From: Candidatus Multivoradales bacterium
GTDB taxonomy: Bacteria > Acidobacteriota > Thermoanaerobaculia > Multivoradales > J023
Reading direction: 5' to 3'
Assembly: GCA_965248925.1 (NCBI GenBank)
Contig: CBDFLE010000006.1
Span: 1,984,001 to 2,048,000, forward strand
Length of the DNA stretch: 64,000 nt
The position numbers were made by a program, and so were the translations under genes. Below the pieces are notes generated by a model. It was not told the DNA's origin. It did no database searches and saw only the letters and a list, made by a program, of their open reading frames with translations. Below are positions 46,248-55,873 of this stretch, one piece after another. Each line of letters opens with the position of its first letter. The first letter of the stretch is position 1.

Positions 46248-47246
46248 TCAAACAAAGGTGCCGAGTAGGCGCAGGCGACTGACTCCACCGTCGGGATAGA
46301 TGCTCAGCCGAAGGTGAGTGAGGGGAGTGGGCGAGTCGATCTCGAAACAGTGTTCATGGTCTGCCGCCAGCGCCTGCCGGGGCACCAACTGGCGCCAATC
46401 CAACTCTGAGTCATCAGGATCGAGCATCGCTCCAGGATCGCCCAGGTCGACCCCTTCCAGCTGGCAGCTGTCAGGATAGTTGCCCTTGAAGTGGCGGGTG
46501 TCGATCAGCGCACGGCGAGGTATCCCCCGCCTGCCCAGGGCGATGATCGCCCAATCGAACCCCGGCCCGCGGCGGCGGCGGGTTTCCCAGCCGTCTCCCA
46601 TGTCGGCACCACGGCCGGGTTGCAACAGGTTGGCCGGTCGGCTGAAGAAATCGTCAGAAGCCGCCACCGCCTGGCCACCAAACTGCACCGCGATCAAATC
46701 GATCTCATCTCCAGATTCGACAAGCTGCCGCCAATCTGGACTGGGTTGGCCAAATGCGCGCAAACGAGCCACCCCGCCATCGGGATATATGTGCAGCCGC
46801 AAGTGGCTGAAGGAACGCGCCTCGTCGATCGCCAGCAGATGGTCGGAACCGCCTGCCAAAGGGGTGCGCGGAATCAGTTCCAGCCAAGCCGAATTCTCGA
46901 TCAGCCGGTCGACCGCCATCTCGGCTGGGACATCAATGGCATCCAGAGAATAGGCTTGAGGAAAATTTCCCAGGAAATGGCTGGTGTCGACATTGATCCC
47001 CACCAAGCGACCGCGCAGGCCGAGCTGCAAAATACAGCGATCGTGGCCAGGACGGCGGCGGCGGCGGCTTTCCCAGCCATCCATCCACTTGCCCCGCGCG
47101 GTGTACTTGAGGGGCACGAATACAGCCGGGGCCAGTTTGATCAGATTTTCTTTCGGCGCGAAGAAATCGTCATTGGCCCACAACACGCGGCCACCCAAGC
47201 GCGGCGACAAGAGGTCCGGCAAGCGGCTGAAATCAGGTTCGGTCAT
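46248..47246 (-). CDS. alc: Allantoicase
   Basis: Two repeats containing DGWE(S/T)RRRR, DTxHFxGN and IYPDGGVxRLR. Confidence 0.93.
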   Translation of the reverse strand: MTEPDFSRLPDLLSPRLGGRVLWANDDFFAPKENLIKLAPAVFVPLKYTARGKWMDGWESRRRRRPGHDRCILQLGLRGRLVGINVDTSHFLGNFPQAYSLDAIDVPAEMAVDRLIENSAWLELIPRTPLAGGSDHLLAIDEARSFSHLRLHIYPDGGVARLRAFGQPSPDWRQLVESGDEIDLIAVQFGGQAVAASDDFFSRPANLLQPGRGADMGDGWETRRRRGPGFDWAIIALGRRGIPRRALIDTRHFKGNYPDSCQLEGVDLGDPGAMLDPDDSELDWRQLVPRQALAADHEHCFEIDSPTPLTHLRLSIYPDGGVSRLRLLGTFV

Positions 47247-47309
47247 GGCGGTCGGATCATACCCGCATCAGCGACCGGTGTCCGCTCATCCGCTGGGCCG
47301 CAGCCGCGC

Positions 47310-48338
47310 TCAGAACCCAACCTGCTCGGTGACGATCTTCCACATACCATCCTCCTCGGCCCAAGTGAGGATCTTATGCACCCGGTCGCTGAAAGTATCA
47401 CTACGATAAGCTTGCCAAAAAGCGCAACGGGCGTGACCCCGACCTAGCATGTGAATCTCGATTTGCCCCAGTTGCACATCGATAAACTGAGGTCGCCCCA
47501 GCCGCTGCTGGCGCTGTACCGCCCACCCTTGTCGATCACCACCTCCAGCGGGCTTGAAAGAAGCCGAGTAAAAAGCCAGATAGTCCTCGACCTCCTGCTC
47601 CCTCCAAGCGGCCGCCCACCCCTGGAGCTGATCGACCAAATCCGCCGTCAGACGGTTACCGACACGCTGGGCAAGGGGCGCGTCGACCGCCACTCCTTCT
47701 ACTGAGTAGGCCGCAGTGTCGACCGTCGTAAGGGGCTCGGCCACCTCCACTTTTTCCGCCCACCGAGCCATCGGCGCGACGACCTGAGTGCTCGCGGACG
47801 GCTGGCTGATCAGCGCGTCGCGGTCGGCAAACGCGGCGCCTTCGCCTTGGGCCTGGCGCTGCTCTTCCGCCTGCGCAGCGCGAAAGCCAACAACCACTGA
47901 ACCAGCGCTAGTGAATAGAGTGTGCTCCAGAGGCCGACGTAGCTTCAGCTCGACAACTAAACTTCGCTTCTTGTGCTCTAGCAAAACCGCGCTCAGCGGT
48001 CCGCTAGCAAGTCCCTGCCCGTCGACCTCGGCCACGGCTCGGCATCCTCTGAGTTCAAGACTCACCACTCCCGCCACCGACTCTTCGATTCGCACCCTTC
48101 TGGGATCACCCTCGAAGGCCAGACGCAGTTGCCAGCCGTCTTTGACCGCTACCAGCTGGTAGCTCTGCAAGACGGCGACAGCGCCCCACAGCGGTGTCGC
48201 AACCACCACCAAAGCGAACCCCAGGGCCACTACCGAAGCCACCGCCGAAGGCGATAGCGGCCGCCCAAGAACCGACCTCCGAGCTACGGACGACTGCCGC
48301 TCCCCAGCACCTTCCCAGGCCTTCCACACTCGGAACAT
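47310..48338 (-). CDS. Periplasmic protein with AMIN-like N-terminal domain and NTF2-like C-terminal domain
   Basis: WAAAW...YLAFYS..F, FWQAYRSDTFSDRVHKIL..WKIVTE, as in L,D-transpeptidase-associated C-terminal domains. Confidence 0.65.
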   Translation of the reverse strand: MFRVWKAWEGAGERQSSVARRSVLGRPLSPSAVASVVALGFALVVVATPLWGAVAVLQSYQLVAVKDGWQLRLAFEGDPRRVRIEESVAGVVSLELRGCRAVAEVDGQGLASGPLSAVLLEHKKRSLVVELKLRRPLEHTLFTSAGSVVVGFRAAQAEEQRQAQGEGAAFADRDALISQPSASTQVVAPMARWAEKVEVAEPLTTVDTAAYSVEGVAVDAPLAQRVGNRLTADLVDQLQGWAAAWREQEVEDYLAFYSASFKPAGGGDRQGWAVQRQQRLGRPQFIDVQLGQIEIHMLGRGHARCAFWQAYRSDTFSDRVHKILTWAEEDGMWKIVTEQVGF

Positions 48339-48516
48339 AGTCTGATCTCACCCCGGTAAGCCCAGCGCCACCAAAGTCTAAGTGGGTAGCACCGGGGTCG
48401 ACCCGCGCCCCTGGACATGGGTCAGAATCAACTGACTACTGCTCTTCTCGCTTCCTAGAGTAGCAGCTCGCGAGCGATTGGCGGTGCTGCAGCACCGCCA
48501 GCCCGTCAACCAGGGA

Positions 48517-49572
48517 TCAGTCGAGAGCGCCGCGATAGCTCTCCGGTAGTTGGCTGATCAGCTCTTGATGATGTTCGGCAAAGGCTCGGGTCTTGATCAA
48601 AGCCCGGCCGAGGCGACGACACGCACCCTGACGATCTTCTTGCTTGGCCCCGGCACGCAGACACTCATACATCTCGGCGATGTTCTGCCGGTGATCGTCA
48701 AGCTGTATCGCGCCGGCATCGCCGTAGAGCTGGCCATAGAGACGCTGCAACGAAGTTTCGATCGCCTGCTGACCGCTGACCCGGCCGCCGGTGTTGCCGA
48801 AGCGCTCAATGCGGCGGTCGCCTGGACGTTTCTCGGCCGTGCTCTGGTAGACATGGCCGACAAAGGCGGGAGAAGACACCAGCTCCATGGCGACGAAAAC
48901 CGCCCCGCGGTGCCCTTGCTCGGTGACCTGGACGACGTGGGCATGATCCAAAGAGCCATCTCCTTGCCCCAAGAGGCTGCTGTAGAGCACCCGGACCACA
49001 TCTTCGGCGGCCCGGTTGGCGTCGCGCCCGTCGGCGGACAACGGTCGCGACGCGGAGCGCCGCTTGGCGCCCTCGACGCGGATGTTCAAGCGGCCCTGAC
49101 GGCAGTCAGCCGGCAAGCGCTCGAACACCCCCGCTTTGGCGACCCCGGTAAGGCGGTAGCCGAGGATCACTTCACCAGGCTGCTGCGGCGACAGCTCGAG
49201 CCTGGCGACGGCTAGGTCGTCCGAGTCCTGTGCTTTCCAGGTCAGGTGCTGCGGCATATCGATATGCCGCCCCAGACCCAGGGTCGAAAGATGGCCGATC
49301 TCACCCGAGGTCGAATAGGGATTCGGGCCCTGGGCGTCGTGATGGATGAAGAGATGGCTCTCGACACCGCTCTTCACCACGATCGGTTGGCCATAGTCAT
49401 AGAAAACATTGCCGGCATCTCGAGTCCAGATTCTGAACTGGAGGTCGCAGCTTGCCGCCGCCCAAGCCTGGGCCGGAATAAGAGCGAGGGCGAGGGTCAA
49501 GGCGAGGAAGGTCAGGGCTGTTTTTCTGTTCAATTCTTGCTTCTCCCGTATGCTTGAGGTCGAGGTGGGCAC
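48517..49572 (-). CDS. Secreted hypothetical protein
   Basis: Signal peptide (ALALIPAQAWA); 351-aa ORF filling the gap between neighbours. Confidence 0.65.
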   Translation of the reverse strand: MPTSTSSIREKQELNRKTALTFLALTLALALIPAQAWAAASCDLQFRIWTRDAGNVFYDYGQPIVVKSGVESHLFIHHDAQGPNPYSTSGEIGHLSTLGLGRHIDMPQHLTWKAQDSDDLAVARLELSPQQPGEVILGYRLTGVAKAGVFERLPADCRQGRLNIRVEGAKRRSASRPLSADGRDANRAAEDVVRVLYSSLLGQGDGSLDHAHVVQVTEQGHRGAVFVAMELVSSPAFVGHVYQSTAEKRPGDRRIERFGNTGGRVSGQQAIETSLQRLYGQLYGDAGAIQLDDHRQNIAEMYECLRAGAKQEDRQGACRRLGRALIKTRAFAEHHQELISQLPESYRGALD

Positions 49573-49668
49573 CCCGAGATTTTCTTCATCGTACCCGGCC
49601 GGCGTCAGCCGGCGGCGACGCTACTCACTCTGAGTCTGATCACGGCGGCAAAGTCACATCCAATCCCC

Positions 49669-50511
49669 ATGGTGGCGGTCTGCTACCCTGGACCTTGCCC
49701 TACTTGGAGATCTCAATTGCGCATCCACAGGACTTCCCGGCCCATTCTCTGCTGCCTGCTAGCCGTGCTCGGCAGCTGGCCGGCAACAGCGGACGGGGTG
49801 CTCGGCGCCACGGCGGAAATCGTCGAAGGGGCTAGCCAAGGTAGTCGCGGCGGTGTGTCCGACACCGATATTGGCATCGGTTTCTGCGACGATGGAGTGG
49901 TCAAGGACGACGGCGACCCGGACACCGGCTGGGGCTTTGTTCCCAGCGTTGAAAGAGGTGTCTATGTGCAGCGTTTTGAGCCTTCGGACCTGATTTCCCG
50001 CGACCTCGACAAAGTCTGCTTGTGTTGGATCCGCACCCGTCCCGATCCTGACCTCGACTTCGACATCGTCCTTTTCGGCCACAACGCCGAAGAAGAGCAG
50101 CCCGAGAGCCAACCCCTGGCGGCAATGCCAGTGATAGCCGAGGGAGTGCCAGAAGGCATCGTCGGACAGTTCTACTGCTACGACGTGCAGGGGGCGGGTT
50201 TCAGAGCGCCGGTGGGACCCTTCTATCTCGGCGCGCGCTGGAATGCCTCGACCAACGAGTTCTTTTTCCTCTGCGCCGACACCGACCCGACAACGCCAAT
50301 CGTCGACACCTTCTTCTCTTTCAAAGACGGTGAAGAGTGGGAAAGCGTGTTGGTCAGCAACGACCCGATCTTCGCAGAACACCGCGCCACCATGGTCCGT
50401 TTCATCGCCGCCGATGGCCCACGCGGGATACCGACCCTCAGAGTCACTGGCCTTCTCGCTATGGTGCTGCTGCTGCTCGGCGGTGCCCTCGTCGCTCTAC
50501 GCCGGAGATAG
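49669..50511 (+). CDS. Secreted Cys-containing protein with IPTL-CTERM anchor
   Basis: Ends GIPTLRVTGLLAMVLLLLGGALVALRRR. Confidence 0.8.
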   Translation: MVAVCYPGPCPTWRSQLRIHRTSRPILCCLLAVLGSWPATADGVLGATAEIVEGASQGSRGGVSDTDIGIGFCDDGVVKDDGDPDTGWGFVPSVERGVYVQRFEPSDLISRDLDKVCLCWIRTRPDPDLDFDIVLFGHNAEEEQPESQPLAAMPVIAEGVPEGIVGQFYCYDVQGAGFRAPVGPFYLGARWNASTNEFFFLCADTDPTTPIVDTFFSFKDGEEWESVLVSNDPIFAEHRATMVRFIAADGPRGIPTLRVTGLLAMVLLLLGGALVALRRR

Positions 50512-51887
50512 CCACGCCTAAAGTCGAACTCATCGTTCGCGGCCAGCGGGTACTGACTCGGCAGGGCCCGCGGCCGGCGGTATTGGTGATCAGTGACGGG
50601 GTGATTCAAAGCGTCGAAGCACCGACCTTCAGCCACCCGACAGCCCCCGTTCTCGAGGCGGGCGAGTCCTGGGTGAGTCCGGGGGTGATCGACACCCACG
50701 TACACATCAACGAACCCGGCCGCAGCCACTGGGAGGGCTTTGCCAGCGCCACTCGCGCGGCGGCGGCCGGCGGTGTCACCACCGTAGTAGACATGCCGCT
50801 CAACAGCACCCCGGCCACCACTTGCGCCGATGCCCTGAGGGAGAAAGCGGCCGCCGCCAGCGCTCAGTCGATCGTCGACTACGGCTTCTGGGGCGGAGTG
50901 ATTCCGGGCAACCAAGCGCAGCTCGGGGCGCTGCTTGAAGCCGGAGCCCTGGGCTGCAAGTGCTTCTTGGTCCCCTCCGGGGTCGACGACTTTCCCGCCA
51001 GCGGCGAGGCCGACTTGCTGCGCGCCATGCCGCTGCTGGCGCGCTTCGGCGCCACGCTGCTGGTGCATGCCGAGCTGCCGCGGGCGATCGACGCGGCTAG
51101 CGCCGCATTGCACGCTGAGGATTGGCGCAGCTACAAGACCTTCCTGGCGAGCCGGCCAGCCGCCGCCGAAGTGCAAGCGATCGAGCTGATCGTCGAGCTG
51201 GTACGCCGCACCGGCTGTGCCGCCCACATCGTTCATGTCGCCTGTGCCGAAGCGTTGCCGGTGCTGGCCGCAGCCCGCGCTGCCGGCTTGCCGATCACCG
51301 CCGAGAGCTGCCCACACTATTTGAGTTTCACCGCCGAAGAGATCAGCGATGGCACCACCGCCTTCAAATGTGCGCCACCGATCCGCCCTGCCCGCCATCG
51401 CGAAGCCCTGTGGCAAGCGTTGCAAGACTGTGTGCTCGACCTGGTGGCGTCGGACCACTCACCCTGCCCACCAGCACTCAAGCACTTGCAGGATGGTGAT
51501 TTCAAGGCTGCCTGGGGCGGCATCGCCTCCCTGCAGCTACTCTTGCCAGCGCTGTGGACGGAGGCGGCGGCTCGCGGCCACGGCCAAGCCGAGATGGCCA
51601 ACTGGTTGTCGCGAGCACCCGCCCGCCTAGCCGGTTTGGAGGACCGCAAAGGACGCTTGGAGCCGGGCTTTGATGCCGACTTGGTGATCTGGGATCCCGA
51701 CCAGAGTTTCATCGTCGAGCCAACCGTTCTCGAACACCGTCACCCCCTCACCCCCTGGGCTGGACGGCAGCTGCGAGGCCGCATCCTGCATACTCTGGTG
51801 CGTGGCGTACCGGTGTTCGAGAACGGCCAACTCAGCGGCCGACGGCCCGGGGTTTGGCAGCGAAGCGATTTTGCTGGAGACCGATGA
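50508..51887 (+). CDS. allB: Allantoinase
   Basis: PGVIDTHVHINEPGRSHWEGF, DMPLNS, HAE, ESCPHYL, FKCAPPIR, SDHSP, AWGGI. Start codon unclear. Confidence 0.92.
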   Translation: MATPKVELIVRGQRVLTRQGPRPAVLVISDGVIQSVEAPTFSHPTAPVLEAGESWVSPGVIDTHVHINEPGRSHWEGFASATRAAAAGGVTTVVDMPLNSTPATTCADALREKAAAASAQSIVDYGFWGGVIPGNQAQLGALLEAGALGCKCFLVPSGVDDFPASGEADLLRAMPLLARFGATLLVHAELPRAIDAASAALHAEDWRSYKTFLASRPAAAEVQAIELIVELVRRTGCAAHIVHVACAEALPVLAAARAAGLPITAESCPHYLSFTAEEISDGTTAFKCAPPIRPARHREALWQALQDCVLDLVASDHSPCPPALKHLQDGDFKAAWGGIASLQLLLPALWTEAAARGHGQAEMANWLSRAPARLAGLEDRKGRLEPGFDADLVIWDPDQSFIVEPTVLEHRHPLTPWAGRQLRGRILHTLVRGVPVFENGQLSGRRPGVWQRSDFAGDR

Positions 51888-52411
51888 TCGATCTCGGCCA
51901 ATGGCTCGACGCCCTCGATGAGCACAGCACTCAGCAAGCGCTGAGCCGTTGCTGTGGCGCCCGAAGATGGATTGCGGCGATGGTCGCTAGAGGCATTTTC
52001 TCAACCGCAGCTGCGGTTCACCAAGCAGCTGAGCAGATTTGGTGGCAGCTGACGCCGGAAGATTGGCTCGAAGCCTTCTCGCACCATCCGCGCATCGGTG
52101 ATCGCCAACTGAGCGGTGCCGCGCGGGAGAATCGCCAGTGGTCGAGCAGCGAGCAAGCCGGCGCTAGCCAGGCCGACGCCACGGTGCAACGGGCGCTCGA
52201 ACAAGGCAACCAGCGCTACGAAGAGCGTTTCGGCCACGTATTTCTAATCTGCGCCAGCGGCCGCAGCGGCAGCGAAATGCTCGCCGAACTCGAACGCCGA
52301 CTGCACAATGACGCCGCCGCCGAGTTGCGCGAAGCCGCCGCCGAACAAGTCAAGATCACCCATCTGCGCCTCGACAAACTGACCGTGGAATCCACCGAGG
52401 GAGAGAGCTGA
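51884..52411 (+). CDS. uraD: OHCU decarboxylase
   Basis: EAFSHHPRIG, SSSEQAG, NQRYEERFGHVFLICA, EQVKITHLRL. Confidence 0.93.
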   Translation: MIDLGQWLDALDEHSTQQALSRCCGARRWIAAMVARGIFSTAAAVHQAAEQIWWQLTPEDWLEAFSHHPRIGDRQLSGAARENRQWSSSEQAGASQADATVQRALEQGNQRYEERFGHVFLICASGRSGSEMLAELERRLHNDAAAELREAAAEQVKITHLRLDKLTVESTEGES

Positions 52412-52749
52412 TGAGCGCTATTACCACCCACATTCTCGACACTTCCCGAGGCCAGCCGGCCGTTGATGTGCAGGTCGTTCTAGCGCTGCGGGTCGACGCT
52501 GGCTGGCGCCAACTGGCCAGCGGCGTGACCGACCGCGACGGCCGCATCGGCGACTTGCTCGACCCCGGCCCGGTCGCCACCGGCACCTACCGGCTGCATT
52601 TCGACATCGGCTCCTACTTCCGCCGCCTCGATCAGGTGGCGTTCTATCCTTGGGCCGAGATTGTCTTCGAGATCGCCGACGCCGACCAGCACTACCATGT
52701 GCCCCTGCTGCTTAACCCCTTCGGCTACTCGACCTATCGTGGTAGCTGA
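52411..52749 (+). CDS. uraH: 5-hydroxyisourate hydrolase
   Basis: ITTHILD, DGR, HYHVPLLL, C-terminal YRGS. Confidence 0.96.
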   Translation: MSAITTHILDTSRGQPAVDVQVVLALRVDAGWRQLASGVTDRDGRIGDLLDPGPVATGTYRLHFDIGSYFRRLDQVAFYPWAEIVFEIADADQHYHVPLLLNPFGYSTYRGS

Positions 52750-52761
52750 GGGCCAGGTCTC

Positions 52762-55700
52762 TCAATCGACATCGAATTCTCGATACTCCCCCCGTACTGA
52801 GATCGAGCGCCAGCCTCGCTGTTCACCACCCACTTGCCAGCTCCCCTCGCTGAGCGCTGGAAGCTGGATCTTGCCCTCCGCGTCCGGCCAGAGTTCAACT
52901 CCAGCCAGGCTCAGGATCGCCGCCGTTCGAAGACCCGTGGCGGTTCTCAACTGAATGGGCACTACTGAGTCCGTGGAATCGAGCCGCAGGACGACCTCTG
53001 TCCAAGCCGGCTCTTCGACAACCAACTCGGCCAACTGACCGACGGCAAGTGCCACCGGCGGCCCCAGCGCCAGCTTGCGCCCGCCGAACAGCAACAGGCT
53101 GTCGTAGCTTCCAGGGGGCAGGCCAGCCAGCGTCGCCCGACCCGTGGCGTCAGTGGTCACCACGCGGCGAGCGCCGTTTTCACCCTGAACCGTCAGCATC
53201 ACATTGGCCGCGGGTTGATCTTCCCGGTCGAAAACCTCAAAGCGAAGCTCGGCCGCTTGCTGCCGCCGCAAGACAATATCTACTGGCTCGGCAGACCTGG
53301 TGGGCCATCTCAGATCCGTTTCGCCAGCCGAGGTACCCGCACGAGCCACCAAGCGGTAGGACCCCGGCGGTACATGTCGGATCGTGAATCTCCCTGCCCG
53401 ATCGCAGGAAACCTGGCGCAAGACCTCTTCCCCACCCTGTAGTGCCACCTTTGCGGCTCTGGTCGGCAAACCTCCTGGGTCGACAACTCGGCCCCGTACC
53501 GCCTCGCCGCGGAAACGCAACTCCAACTTCACTGTTTCGGCAGGGGAAACCCAAAAACTCTGGTGATAGGTAGCCCCCGACGCCGTTCGGTAGACAACCT
53601 CGGCATCTCCGGGAAGCAATACGCCAGCACCCGAAAACTTGCCGTCCACTCCGACTTTCATGGTCAGAAAACTCGGCAGATCAGAAAGAAGCTCTTGCCT
53701 CTGCGGCGCACCGGCACCATGGAAGGCCATAAAGACGGGCACCGGCATATCGCTGCCCCTTGGCACAATCTGTACCTGCCCACCAGTTGCCGGTAGCCCA
53801 TCGAGGGTTACCAGCCCGGCGACAGGAATTCGTGCTACTTCCAGCTTCAGCCCATCTACTCGCTCCGCCACGGTGAGGACCACACGCCGGCTGGCTAGCA
53901 ATTGCCCGCTTTCAATCGCCACCAGGTGGTAAGTACCGGAACCGACGTTCGAAAAGCTGAAGCGGCCTGCGGAATCAGCGCGAGCAATGTGCCGAAGACA
54001 GGGATTGTGGATAGGTCCCAAGCGCATTTCGACTCTGACTCCGGGCAGCGGCGTATCTCCTCGGTCTACAACCTCCCCAGCCAGAAACGCTCCAGGACCC
54101 AGGACCCGCGGCGGTAGAACCCGTCGCTCGCCGTCCTGCAATTCTACGATCTCGATCGATGTCAAAACGAACTGCGGCGGCTGCACTTTCAAGCACACGC
54201 TACCGGCACTAAATCCGCTCATTCGGAACTTGCCGAGTACATCGGTCACAACCTCGTAGTCCCCTAACAGACGACTGGCAGCGTTTCGCCCCAGCGGATG
54301 CGCCGCGGCGTAGGATAGCCGCGCCCCGATTGCCGGAAACCCTCCCGGCAACAACAGGGTTCCCTCTACCGAGGCTCCTGAGTCGAACAGCACCAAGCCC
54401 AGGTCTTCGACTCCACCACCCAGGAAAAAGTCCAACCGCTGGGGAAGCGCGCCAGCTGCCCGCAAGGTCAACGCCACTGCCCCTGTCGACAAGCCCGTGA
54501 TCGAATAGCTGCCAGTCGGATCGCTGTAGTCCAGGAAACGAGTTTCGCCGGAACTCTGAACTTCTACCTTCAGCTCGGTTATCGGTGAGAGATCCTCGAG
54601 TCGGAGGGCCTCGAACAGCACTCCATCGGCGCGCCGCAAGACCACCCGCATTGACTGCGAAGGGGTGCTCTCGGCCTCAATTTCCTGCGGCAGAAACCCC
54701 TCGGCCCTGACCTCGAACATGACGAGCGAACCAGCCAATGGCCCTGGCACACCTACCGTGCCGTCTTCAGCCACCAACCACTGTTCCTCAGATTCGAGAT
54801 CGGTCACCAGGGCATTCGCCACCGGCTCGTCTGCCCGATCAACAATCCGCAGTCGAGTCTCCCCACTCGCTGCCAAAACGATGGTCGGCAACGGGTGTGT
54901 AGTGCCCGCCTGCAACACCAACCAGTCTTGCTTTGTCTTGTGCCCCTGCTTTCTCCAGTGACTGAGAAACCTGCCATCGGGCAGTCCGGTCAGCCGGTAT
55001 CTACCCTGTGAGTCGGTCTCGGTATGCCGCCGAAACAGCCGCCCTGGTTCGTCGGCAGTGGGCAGCAAGATCTCGACCTGTACTTTCTCCAGAGGCTGAC
55101 CATCACCCTGCACCACCGAGCCTCTGACACTGCTTGCAGGCTTGACCACAACATCGTGCAGACCGTCCCCCCATTGTCTCAACGAGAATTGAAAGCGAGG
55201 GTCGACAATCTCCACCATCAAAGGCTGATCCCGGCCAACCCCTGGGACTACAAACAAGCCTTGAGAGTCTGACCGACCCGCAATCAAGACCGGTTCCCCG
55301 GTCGATCGAGAATCGATCAATCGATAGCGCAGCTCGACTCCTCCGACCGGGCCGTCCGCGACGACAAAGCGCAAGCGGCAGGATCCGCCAGGCTGGAGGA
55401 TCAGATCCTTGTGTCGTGCCACGTCGCGCACCGCCGCTTCGAGGAGCTGGTGACCCGCTGCCCAAACCCGCACCGTCGCCGACAGCGACAATTCACCGCG
55501 GAAGCGCCCTGACTCATCAGTTCGTATCGTCGATTCCGTAAGGTAAGGCTGCCCAGCAAGATCCCTTCCCCACCACACGAGCGCACCCGGTAACGGCTTG
55601 GACGACGACGACGAGAATATTCGCCAGACTACTGGCAAGCAATCCGAACAATCTTGCTTCACGGTCTCGGAAAAGAGCCAGCGAGTCAGCTCGCCGCTAG

Positions 55701-55872
55701 ATTGCTGGTGAAGAACGAGCGGCCCTCCCGTGGTCTCGCTCTGATGTTCAGCTACTACTGAGGAAGCCGCAATTTGGCCATCAAGGACTGAGAACCAGCG
55801 CTCTGCCGCTCGCACACTAACCGCTGAGGTCAGCAAGGCACCGACCACCAGGGCAAGGCGCAGGATCAACAT
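52762..55872 (-). CDS. Large secreted protein of tandem carboxypeptidase-regulatory-like (beta-sandwich) repeats
   Basis: Signal peptide MLILRLALVVGALLTSAVSVRA; repeated G.V.D..G.P...(T/A)D..GRF....L.PG.Y units. Confidence 0.8.
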   Translation of the reverse strand: MLILRLALVVGALLTSAVSVRAAERWFSVLDGQIAASSVVAEHQSETTGGPLVLHQQSSGELTRWLFSETVKQDCSDCLPVVWRIFSSSSSKPLPGALVWWGRDLAGQPYLTESTIRTDESGRFRGELSLSATVRVWAAGHQLLEAAVRDVARHKDLILQPGGSCRLRFVVADGPVGGVELRYRLIDSRSTGEPVLIAGRSDSQGLFVVPGVGRDQPLMVEIVDPRFQFSLRQWGDGLHDVVVKPASSVRGSVVQGDGQPLEKVQVEILLPTADEPGRLFRRHTETDSQGRYRLTGLPDGRFLSHWRKQGHKTKQDWLVLQAGTTHPLPTIVLAASGETRLRIVDRADEPVANALVTDLESEEQWLVAEDGTVGVPGPLAGSLVMFEVRAEGFLPQEIEAESTPSQSMRVVLRRADGVLFEALRLEDLSPITELKVEVQSSGETRFLDYSDPTGSYSITGLSTGAVALTLRAAGALPQRLDFFLGGGVEDLGLVLFDSGASVEGTLLLPGGFPAIGARLSYAAAHPLGRNAASRLLGDYEVVTDVLGKFRMSGFSAGSVCLKVQPPQFVLTSIEIVELQDGERRVLPPRVLGPGAFLAGEVVDRGDTPLPGVRVEMRLGPIHNPCLRHIARADSAGRFSFSNVGSGTYHLVAIESGQLLASRRVVLTVAERVDGLKLEVARIPVAGLVTLDGLPATGGQVQIVPRGSDMPVPVFMAFHGAGAPQRQELLSDLPSFLTMKVGVDGKFSGAGVLLPGDAEVVYRTASGATYHQSFWVSPAETVKLELRFRGEAVRGRVVDPGGLPTRAAKVALQGGEEVLRQVSCDRAGRFTIRHVPPGSYRLVARAGTSAGETDLRWPTRSAEPVDIVLRRQQAAELRFEVFDREDQPAANVMLTVQGENGARRVVTTDATGRATLAGLPPGSYDSLLLFGGRKLALGPPVALAVGQLAELVVEEPAWTEVVLRLDSTDSVVPIQLRTATGLRTAAILSLAGVELWPDAEGKIQLPALSEGSWQVGGEQRGWRSISVRGEYREFDVD

Positions 55873-55873
55873 C

